14,745 nucleotides of DNA from Waddliaceae bacterium (GTDB lineage Bacteria > Chlamydiota > Chlamydiia > Chlamydiales > SLOH01), in NCBI GenBank assembly GCA_040880105.1, contig JBBDJA010000029.1, positions 1 through 14,745 of the forward strand, given 5' to 3'. Each line of letters begins with the position of its first letter. Position 1 is the first letter of the stretch. The notes under the pieces were generated by a model that was given only the letters and a program-made list of their open reading frames with translations, was not told the DNA's origin and made no database searches. The position numbers and the translations under genes were made by a program. This document shows, one piece after another, positions 7,781 to 14,745 of the stretch.

Positions 7781-9865
7781 TTACTTTTTGATAATTTCTT
7801 CTTGTACTTTAGCTGGAACGCGTTGGAAATGCGCAAATTCCATTGTATAGTTTGCTCGACCTGAAGTAATCGAACGCAAATCAGTAGCGTAACCAAACAT
7901 TTCGCTAAGTGGAACTTGGGATTCAACAACAGCTGCACTTTTCTGCATTTCTTGCTTTTGAATCTGTCCTCGACGACGGTTAATGTCACCGATAACATCT
8001 CCCATTGAAGCTTCAGGCGTTGTCACAACCACTTTCATGATCGGTTCTAAAATGATTGGCTTTGCCTTTGCAGCGGCTTCTTTAATCGCCATAGATCCGC
8101 AAATTTTAAAGGCCATTTCATTCGAGTCAACATCATGGTAAGAACCAAATACAATTGCCACTTTGACGTCAACCAGGTTATAACCGGCAAGAATACCGCT
8201 AGTGAGTCCTTCCTCAATCCCCTTAATAACAGCTGGGATATACTCTTTTGGAATCACACCACCGACGATTTTACTTTCGATTTGAATCCCTTTTCCTGTC
8301 TCGTTAGGTTCAATTTCAAGCTCAACGTGCGCGTACTGTCCACGTCCACCACTTTGCTTCACAAACTTTGTTTGCGATTTAGCTGGAGCAGTGATTGTCT
8401 CTTTGTAAGAGACTTGAGGCTTACCGACATTGGCTTCAACGTTAAACTCTCTTCTCATTCTGTCATGCAAAACATCAAGGTGCAGCTCACCCATTCCGGA
8501 AATAATCGTTTGTCCCGTATCTTCATCTGTAGAGACGCGGAATGTTGGATCTTCTTCGGAAAGCGCGCTGAGTGCAGTTGAAAGCTTTTCACGATCTGCT
8601 TTAGACTTCGGCTCAATCGCCATTGAGATCACAGGCTCAGGGAAGACCATTTTTTCCAAGATAACCTGCTTTTGACCCGCAGCGCACAATGTATCACCTG
8701 TTGTTGTGTACTTCAATCCGACGCAAGCTGCAATGTCACCGGTAAAGAACTGATCGCGCTCTTTCCTTTGGTTTGCATGCATCTCGATCAATCTTGAGAC
8801 ACGTTCCTTCTTTTCCTTTGATGTATTGACAAGGTTCATCCCTTTGTCCAATACGCCGGAATAGATACGAACAAATGTTAATCGTCCGACATAAGGATCC
8901 GTCATCACTTTAAAGGCAAGCGCTGCAAGCGGAGCATCATCTCTTGGCTCGATGTTAACTTCTTCTTCCGAGTCTTCTAAAAGGCCTTTAACATTCGTAC
9001 GATCAAGCGGGGATGGCATCCACTCGACGATTACATCAAGCAGTTGTTGCACTCCCTTGTTCTTTAAAGCACTTCCGCAAAGAACCGGATTAATTTTATT
9101 GGCGATTACACCTTTTCTGATCACAGCATTGAGTTCTTGAGGAGTCAATGCGTCCGGGTCTTCCAGAACTTTTGTCATAAACTCATCATTCTCATCTTCT
9201 AGAAGAGCAAGCTCATCTAAAAGCTCTGCGCGCATTTCATTTGCTCGATCAAGATAGTCTGCCGGAATTTCTTTCTCTTCCCATGTCGATCCGAACTCTT
9301 CTTCTTTGAAGAAAAGCGCCTTCATCGTCACAAGATCGATGATTCCATCAAATTCAGCCTCTGCTCCGATAGGTAAGTGAACAGGAATCGCATTTGCATG
9401 TAACTTTTCTTTCATGGAAGCGACAGCATCAAAGAAATCTGCCCCCATCCGATCCATTTTGTTAATAAACGCGATACGAGGAACTTCATAAGTGTCCGCT
9501 TGACGCCAAACAGTCTCTGATTGAGGTTCTACACCTGACACAGCATCGAAAACAGCTACAGCACCGTCAAGAACACGCAATGAGCGCTCTACTTCTACAG
9601 TAAAGTCAACGTGCCCGGGTGTATCAATGATGTTAATCTTAGACGTTTTCCAAAAAATTGTGGTCGCCGCCGATGTGATGGTAATTCCACGCTCTTGTTC
9701 TTGTGCCATCCAGTCCATTGTGGCCGCGCCATCATGAACCTCTCCGATACGGTGGGATTTTCCGGAGTAAAAAAGAATACGCTCGGTAACGGTCGTTTTC
9801 CCGGCATCGATGTGTGCCATAATTCCGATATTACGCACGTTTTTTACACGATCATTTTCTATCAT
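7781..9865 (-). CDS. fusA: Elongation factor G
   Basis: [40 protein letters not shown] and YHDVDS motifs. Start placed at ATG 9865, after a GGAGAAGGA SD-like sequence. Confidence 0.98.
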   Translation of the reverse strand: MIENDRVKNVRNIGIMAHIDAGKTTVTERILFYSGKSHRIGEVHDGAATMDWMAQEQERGITITSAATTIFWKTSKINIIDTPGHVDFTVEVERSLRVLDGAVAVFDAVSGVEPQSETVWRQADTYEVPRIAFINKMDRMGADFFDAVASMKEKLHANAIPVHLPIGAEAEFDGIIDLVTMKALFFKEEEFGSTWEEKEIPADYLDRANEMRAELLDELALLEDENDEFMTKVLEDPDALTPQELNAVIRKGVIANKINPVLCGSALKNKGVQQLLDVIVEWMPSPLDRTNVKGLLEDSEEEVNIEPRDDAPLAALAFKVMTDPYVGRLTFVRIYSGVLDKGMNLVNTSKEKKERVSRLIEMHANQRKERDQFFTGDIAACVGLKYTTTGDTLCAAGQKQVILEKMVFPEPVISMAIEPKSKADREKLSTALSALSEEDPTFRVSTDEDTGQTIISGMGELHLDVLHDRMRREFNVEANVGKPQVSYKETITAPAKSQTKFVKQSGGRGQYAHVELEIEPNETGKGIQIESKIVGGVIPKEYIPAVIKGIEEGLTSGILAGYNLVDVKVAIVFGSYHDVDSNEMAFKICGSMAIKEAAAKAKPIILEPIMKVVVTTPEASMGDVIGDINRRRGQIQKQEMQKSAAVVESQVPLSEMFGYATDLRSITSGRANYTMEFAHFQRVPAKVQEEIIKK

Positions 9866-9879
9866 TATTCCTTCTCCCT

Positions 9880-10356
9880 TTACCATCTATAATGCGCAAA
9901 CGCTTTATTAGCTTCTGCCATACGATGGGTGTCATCTTTTTTCTTAATTGTCGACCCTTGATTGTTGAAACAATCAGAGAGTTCACCAGAAAGGGCCTCT
10001 TCCATTGAGCGTCCGCTTTTTGCACGAGAATAGTTAATAATCCAGCGCATTGCCAAGGCAGTTCGGCGGAGAGGAGCGATTTCTATAGGCACTTGATACG
10101 TAGCACCACCAATACGGCGTGACTTCACTTCGAGTGTCGGCTTTGCGTTTTCCAATGCCTGTTCAAACGCTTCAAGAGGATTATCCGTTCTCTTCACGCG
10201 TTGAGCAAACTTTTCAATTGCACCATACACAATGCGACGGGCAACGGTTTTTTTTCCGCTTAGCATCACCTTGTTGATAAATTTTTCTAGCAGTTCACTG
10301 CTATAAACGGGATCCGGCTGGACCTTGCGTTTTTCAGCTCTTCGTCTTCTTGACAT
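9880..10356 (-). CDS. rpsG: 30S ribosomal protein S7
   Basis: [15 protein letters not shown] and [15 protein letters not shown] motifs. Confidence 0.98.
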   Translation of the reverse strand: MSRRRRAEKRKVQPDPVYSSELLEKFINKVMLSGKKTVARRIVYGAIEKFAQRVKRTDNPLEAFEQALENAKPTLEVKSRRIGGATYQVPIEIAPLRRTALAMRWIINYSRAKSGRSMEEALSGELSDCFNNQGSTIKKKDDTHRMAEANKAFAHYRW

Positions 10357-10548
10357 CGTTTAATATTCTCCAATTCACTCTAGGCGCATTTGCCTATTTA
10401 AATAATTACCCGCGTTATTCACAGGAAATATCAGGAGATCAAAACAACTTCACGTAGGTTCAAACAGAACCGGTGCGTGATTTGTGTTTACGCAAACACA
10501 AATCACGAACTAGGATCTCATTATATAGAGATCCTAGAGTTACTTAGG
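10357..10548 (-). promoter_or_regulatory. Structured rpsL-rpsG intercistronic RNA, candidate S7-responsive translational operator
   Basis: Four hairpins (10510-10537, 10476-10507, 10457-10471, 10381-10396). A long-range CUCUAGG/CCUAGAG helix is flanked by AGUAA and UGAAU next to the rpsG SD. Confidence 0.6.
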
Positions 10549-10911
10549 ACGCTTCGCCCCGTATTTTGATCTTCCTTGCTTACGGTCCTTTACAGCACCA
10601 CAATCCAAAGCTCCGCGTACAATATGGTAACGCACACCGGGCAAGTCTTTTACACGACCGCCACGGACAAGAACAATGCTGTGCTCTTGTAAGTTGTGTC
10701 CTTCTCCCCCGATATAGGCAATAACTTCCTGCCCAGTTGAGAGTCGAACCCATGCAACTTTACGCAATGCAGAGTTTGGTTTTTTCGGCGTCTTTGTTTT
10801 CACTTGAACGCAAACTCCTCTTCTTTGAGGACACGCTTGCAATGCAGGTGATCTACTACGCTTTTTCTTTGGCGTTCTATTCTTCCGAACGAGTTGGTTA
10901 ATCGTTGGCAT
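10540..10911 (-). CDS. rpsL: 30S ribosomal protein S12
   Basis: [30 protein letters not shown] and [13 protein letters not shown] motifs. Confidence 0.99.
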   Translation of the reverse strand: MPTINQLVRKNRTPKKKRSRSPALQACPQRRGVCVQVKTKTPKKPNSALRKVAWVRLSTGQEVIAYIGGEGHNLQEHSIVLVRGGRVKDLPGVRYHIVRGALDCGAVKDRKQGRSKYGAKRPK

Positions 10912-10971
10912 TCAATATTCTCCCTTCGATGATCAGTTATCAATCAAATTTTGATCAATAAATACCTAGGA

Positions 10972-11000
10972 AGTATAAGCAATCCTTCGTTTTTTGAAAA
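10972..11000 (-). promoter_or_regulatory. Putative sigma70/sigma66 promoter of the rpsL operon
   Basis: Minus strand TTTTCA (11000-10995), 17-nt spacer, TATACT (10977-10972), 60 nt upstream of the rpsL ATG. Confidence 0.55.
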
Positions 11001-11046
11001 GGTTATTCATCGAACTTTTGCAAAAAATAAAAATAAGCAGTTAATT

Positions 11047-11730
11047 TTAATAAAGAACAAAGTGAAGATTTTCCCCGCCCATTTCTTTGAATAACTCTAA
11101 ATGAGAAATCCATTCAAGCTCGGCAAGTCCTCGACAAATCGAAAGAGAGCCGGCGATAAAGCAAAGTATAATAAAGATAGAATTATATGAAGTTTTCCAT
11201 TTAGCAAGATAGCGATGCGAATGCATTGCAAGTAGTAAGGATGGACTCGTCAGTAGAGCAAACACAAATCCATTGATCAACCCAACTTTCACACTTCCGA
11301 CAAGTGCACATGCGGAAAATACAACAATTGTCTGTCCGCAGGGAAGCAAAACTGTAAAAAATCCAAATAGAAAAAGAGAAAATGGATGGGGGCTTAAAGC
11401 AAAACGGGTCAACCGGTGATTAAAACGATTCATCCATGAAAATGAAAAAGAGGGAATGCGTATAACATTTTTTAAACCTATAAATAAGACAACTCCTCCA
11501 AATAAAAGACTAGTGATTGCCGGGATATGGAATAATTGCACGAGATGACTAAGCACTGCACCGAGTCCGCCTGCGACTGCGCCCGCAAGAGAAAATGAGA
11601 GGGTGCGCCCAAAAAAGTACCATAAACGGTGGGGGTGTAGACCAATTGTCATTACAAGAGGACCACACATTCCCATGCAGTGCAGATTTCCTAAAAGATA
11701 AAACGGAAGCATTGAAAACAGTAATGTCAA
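11047..11730 (-). CDS. DsbD_2 / sulfite exporter TauE/SafE-like membrane protein (cytochrome-biogenesis/metal-handling type)
   Basis: HCMGMCGP and LLPCG motifs, about 6 hydrophobic segments, TTG start with GAGG 5 nt upstream. Confidence 0.82.
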   Translation of the reverse strand: MTLLFSMLPFYLLGNLHCMGMCGPLVMTIGLHPHRLWYFFGRTLSFSLAGAVAGGLGAVLSHLVQLFHIPAITSLLFGGVVLFIGLKNVIRIPSFSFSWMNRFNHRLTRFALSPHPFSLFLFGFFTVLLPCGQTIVVFSACALVGSVKVGLINGFVFALLTSPSLLLAMHSHRYLAKWKTSYNSIFIILCFIAGSLSICRGLAELEWISHLELFKEMGGENLHFVLY

Positions 11731-11768
11731 GAAAACCTCAAAGCAGACAAATTGTAAAAAATGAAAAA

Positions 11769-11945
11769 TTAGCGGCGACGGGATGCATCGATACGAATTT
11801 TTTGAGTTTCAATCATAGATAGGGATGTCTTCCCTGATTTTCTAGAGAACCCAAGACTGCAAACAAAAATGAGAATACCAATGAAGACAAAGAAGACTGC
11901 GGTGGCTGCACACTGAAAAAAACGGATCCGTTTCCAAATACTCAT
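11769..11945 (-). CDS. Small single-pass membrane protein (58 aa), absent from the ORF track
   Basis: Hand translation: MSIWKRIRFFQCAATAVFFVFIGILIFVCSLGFSRKSGKTSLSMIETQKIRIDASRRR*. Its ATG overlaps the upstream stop (ATGA) and it fills the intergenic gap. Confidence 0.6.
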   Translation of the reverse strand: MSIWKRIRFFQCAATAVFFVFIGILIFVCSLGFSRKSGKTSLSMIETQKIRIDASRRR

Positions 11946-12778
11946 ATGGGCTCCTGATTTGCTTGCTCAATATCCTTTATTACTCTTTGGCGCATCTCAG
12001 TGTCAATAATCCCCCACTTATCAAGCAGCTTGTCAAATCGACTTGTTTGAACCAGTTGATCCAATCCGCGATCAAACTTATACACAAGTTCAACTGACTT
12101 AGGGTCGGTCAGTGCAACAAGCCGCAACCCCTTTTCCGTTAAAGGTGCGGTCGCAATTTTCACCTCTCCTTTATAGTACCCTTGTGTATACACATAGGCA
12201 ACAAGCGCGTCCATAATGACACCGTCAATCGTATGATTCATTAAATTTTCTAAAAGAATCGCAGGTCGATCAAAAGGGACAAATAAAATTCTGGGGTGTT
12301 GAGCGGTACTAAAGACCTGGAGTGTCTGGCTTTCAAGTCCGACTATTTTTCCTGATAATTCATCTAAAGAACGGATATCTTGGTCTTCTCTGACGATTAA
12401 AACAGGACCGACAAGATAAAAGGGATCTGAAAAAGTGTAATGGCTTCTAGTGTATGGATTTGGTACAAGGGATGAAATAATTGCATTATAATTCCCCCTC
12501 TCCATCCCTTCGACTAAACTATGTGGACCGACCTCAACAAATCTGACCGAAAACCCCTCTTCCTCAGCAATCTCTATTAAGAGTTCTCGAACAAAGGCGA
12601 GCATATGCCTTTCTTTTCCCTGCAGATTTAGCGGGTACCAACTAGAATCGAGGCCAATAAAATATCTATTTTTATCAACTGTGTGTCTTCCTATCCGATT
12701 GATACCGAGAAAAATGAACCCGATGACTACAATCAGAGAAAGTGTATATATGATCTGTTTTGGGCTAATTTTTTTCAT
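11942..12778 (-). CDS. Family-3 (GlnH/FliY-like) amino-acid solute-binding protein with N-terminal membrane anchor
   Basis: IGLDSSWYPL, YTFSDPFY, SLDELSGKIVG, IDGVIMD and FDKLLDKWG match the SBP_bac_3 pattern. Hydrophobic residues 9-26. Confidence 0.88.
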   Translation of the reverse strand: MKKISPKQIIYTLSLIVVIGFIFLGINRIGRHTVDKNRYFIGLDSSWYPLNLQGKERHMLAFVRELLIEIAEEEGFSVRFVEVGPHSLVEGMERGNYNAIISSLVPNPYTRSHYTFSDPFYLVGPVLIVREDQDIRSLDELSGKIVGLESQTLQVFSTAQHPRILFVPFDRPAILLENLMNHTIDGVIMDALVAYVYTQGYYKGEVKIATAPLTEKGLRLVALTDPKSVELVYKFDRGLDQLVQTSRFDKLLDKWGIIDTEMRQRVIKDIEQANQEPI

Positions 12779-13193
12779 TCCTAAATATGATCAATTTCGG
12801 AGACAAACATATAAGGTTACTCTAATTTTAATAAAGAGGTCCCTTACTATATGTGATGTTCCAAAATGTTTTTTACTGCCTCTTCACCAAACTTAAGACT
12901 ACCAGTTTTTCCTATTGCCATACAAATCAAAAGAACGTAAGAAGGAGAGAGTTTGTGTAATAATTTTTTTTAATCAAGAGTTTTAGAACCATGATCTTAC
13001 GTCAAAACTCCATAAAGAAGAAATTTTACATATTGCTAATTATTAGTGAGTTAAGGATGATTTTCACTCAAACGTCAGGTTGCGGACTGAAAATCAAAGA
13101 TTTAACAATCTGCAAACATGAATCACGATAATTAGCTTGCAGCCATTAGGTTTGACATGGTAGATTCGGACTTAAATCAGCTTGAGAACATAG

Positions 13194-13202
13194 TGTGGAA
13201 AC
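13194..13202 (-). promoter_or_regulatory. DnaA-box-like 9-mer upstream of dnaA
   Basis: Minus strand GTTTCCACA, one mismatch to TTWTNCACA, 32 nt before the dnaA ATG. Confidence 0.35.
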
Positions 13203-13234
13203 GATGTTCATAACTATAGGATAGGTAACAAAAA

Positions 13235-14572
13235 ATGACATGTTGTGAAGTTTCAGTTACGTGGACTGATTTTTTAAATTGCGCAAAAGAGCGTTGCTCA
13301 GGCGCAGCTTTCAATAATTGGCTGGCTCCAATCCGGCTAATTGAAGAGTCTACTGAAGAGATCACATTGGAAGTTCCAAACATTTTCATTAAAGAATACC
13401 TTTATTCAAATTTTCTTGAAGAGCTCCGTGCCCTTGTTCCTCTTCGCGCATCCGGAGAACCTGCCATTAATTTTGTCATTGCCAAGTCGGAGCCTACCGA
13501 AAAAGAGGAAGCTGCAGAAAAGAAACCCGCAGCCAAGACACATTCGGGATATACAACCTTAAACTCCGGCTATAGCTTTGACAGCTTTATCGATGGACCC
13601 ATCAATCAATTTGCGAAATCAGCAGCACTCGGCGTAGCAAATCGTCCAGGAGAGCTATATAATCCACTTTTTATTCACGGAGATGTCGGACTTGGAAAAA
13701 CGCATCTTTTACACAGTATCGGTCACGCCATTCAGAAAAGTAATCGGCAGATACGGGTTCAGTGCGTCACAACAGAATCATTAATCAATGAGTTTGTAAA
13801 ATCACTTCGCGCGACACGTTCCTTGGATAAGGTGAAGAGGTTTTACCGCAACGATGTCGATGTGCTTCTTGTGGATGACATTCAGTTTCTTCAAAACTTA
13901 AAAAACTTTGAAGATGAATTTTGCAGCACTTTCGAAGCATTGATCCACCAAAAAAAGCAAATTGTGATTACCTCGGATAAATCTCCACAGCAACTCGACC
14001 TCTCGACAAGACTTGTCGGCCGCATGGAGTGGGGGCTGGTTGTTCAAATCTCACCTCCTGATGTGGAAACTCGCGTTGCAATTCTTGAAGATAAAGCAAA
14101 AAAACGAGGAATTAAAATTCCACAAGATGTTGCGTTCTGGATTGCCGAACGATTGACCCGTAACATACGGCAACTTGAGGGCGCTGTAAACCGCCTTTCC
14201 GCACAGGCTCAATTACTTGATATTCCAATCACTCAAGAGATTGCCGAGCATATTCTTCGAGACTTTGTCCAACCTGTCGCTCAGAAAAAAATCACTGTTG
14301 AGCAGGTATTGCAAGTTGTTCAACAAGCGTTCAACGTCACTATTGAAGACCTTAAAGGCAACTCCCGCATGCAAAAGATCGCAATTGCGCGTCAAGCCGC
14401 GATGTACCTCGCATGCCGCACGAATAAGGGGACACTCCAGACAATTGCCGGAGAGTTTGGAAAAACCCACTCAACGCTACTTCATGCCTGCAAGGCAGTT
14501 GAAAAGAAAATGGAATCGAATCCATCTCTAACTGAACAATTGGCAAAGTTAGAAAAGCTTTTATCTTGCTAG
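13235..14572 (+). CDS. dnaA: Chromosomal replication initiator DnaA, resembling the chlamydial second paralogue
   Basis: YNPLFIHGDVGLGKTHL (Walker A), LLVDDIQFL (Walker B), NIRQLEGA and RQAAMYL...HSTLLHA (domain IV). Confidence 0.96.
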   Translation: MTCCEVSVTWTDFLNCAKERCSGAAFNNWLAPIRLIEESTEEITLEVPNIFIKEYLYSNFLEELRALVPLRASGEPAINFVIAKSEPTEKEEAAEKKPAAKTHSGYTTLNSGYSFDSFIDGPINQFAKSAALGVANRPGELYNPLFIHGDVGLGKTHLLHSIGHAIQKSNRQIRVQCVTTESLINEFVKSLRATRSLDKVKRFYRNDVDVLLVDDIQFLQNLKNFEDEFCSTFEALIHQKKQIVITSDKSPQQLDLSTRLVGRMEWGLVVQISPPDVETRVAILEDKAKKRGIKIPQDVAFWIAERLTRNIRQLEGAVNRLSAQAQLLDIPITQEIAEHILRDFVQPVAQKKITVEQVLQVVQQAFNVTIEDLKGNSRMQKIAIARQAAMYLACRTNKGTLQTIAGEFGKTHSTLLHACKAVEKKMESNPSLTEQLAKLEKLLSC

Positions 14573-14745
14573 AACAGTCTCTGGATGAACGGGTCTATTA
14601 AACTTATCATACTCGGGAATCTGTCACTTGACTAGAACAGTCTCTCGATGAACGGGTCTGTTAAATTTGTCACACTCGAAGACCTGTCACTTGACTAGAA
14701 CAGTCTCTGGATGAACGGGTCTATTAAACTTGTCACACTCGAAGA
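14569..14745. repeat. 63-bp tandem repeat, at least 2.8 copies, truncated by the window end
   Basis: Units begin CTAGAACAGTCTCT at 14569, 14632 and 14695. Unit 1 vs unit 2 match at 54/63 positions. Confidence 0.95.

Noticed and set aside
7576..7998. 140-aa alternative-frame ORF spanning fusA and rpsJ
   Set aside because: Lies over two conserved genes with no motif or RBS, so it is a shadow ORF.
10540..10911. Streptomycin-resistance allele of rpsL
   Set aside because: PKKPNSA and RVKDLPG carry the wild-type lysines.
12779..13234. Definite oriC
   Set aside because: Only two one-mismatch boxes and no perfect DnaA box were seen, and skew data are unavailable.
1388..14546. Other short antisense or out-of-frame ORFs in the track (e.g. 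8135..8581, 9611..9892, 14217..14531)
   Set aside because: They overlap well-supported genes and show no recognisable features.
14585..14698. 16-aa mini-ORFs (MNGSIKLIILGNLSLD, MNGSVKFVTLEDLSLD) in the dnaA frame, or DnaA TAG read-through
   Set aside because: No SD, nearly all unit differences change the amino acid, and there is no recoding evidence.
14561..14743. Minus-strand 21-aa repeat protein (FECDKFNRPVHPETVLVK*QV...) read through a recoded TGA; three unit differences are synonymous in this frame
   Set aside because: TGA is a normal stop for gpmA, the nifS-like gene and others here, and the remaining differences are non-synonymous. Worth rechecking only if the downstream sequence shows a start.
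14569..14745. CRISPR array
   Set aside because: The would-be spacers are near-identical variants of one another rather than unique sequences, and no cas gene is visible.

Overview
Core-genome region of a bacterium that is most likely an environmental chlamydia (Chlamydiota). This is inferred from three things recalled from Chlamydia, not from a search: the rluB/gpmA-nifS-nifU/birA/rodA cluster, the rpsL-rpsG-fusA-rpsJ operon without tuf, and a DnaA resembling the chlamydial second paralogue. Gene order: exported hypothetical (+), hypothetical (-), rluB-like pseudouridine synthase (-), gpmA / nifS-like / nifU-like (+), short birA (-), rodA and a hypothetical (+), rpsJ, fusA, rpsG, rpsL (-), DsbD_2/TauE-type membrane protein, an unannotated 58-aa membrane ORF and an orphan family-3 solute-binding protein (-), dnaA (+), then a 63-bp tandem repeat running off the window end. 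No mobile element, tRNA, rRNA or CRISPR is supported. The most interesting observations are: (1) a 183-nt structured rpsL-rpsG spacer carrying the AGUAA-helix-UGAAU S7-binding motif of 16S rRNA, with mutually exclusive folds; (2) an intact, coupled NifS/NifU-like pair that has lost its catalytic and cluster-ligand residues; (3) a mosaic non-coding 63-bp repeat that supplies the dnaA stop codon.
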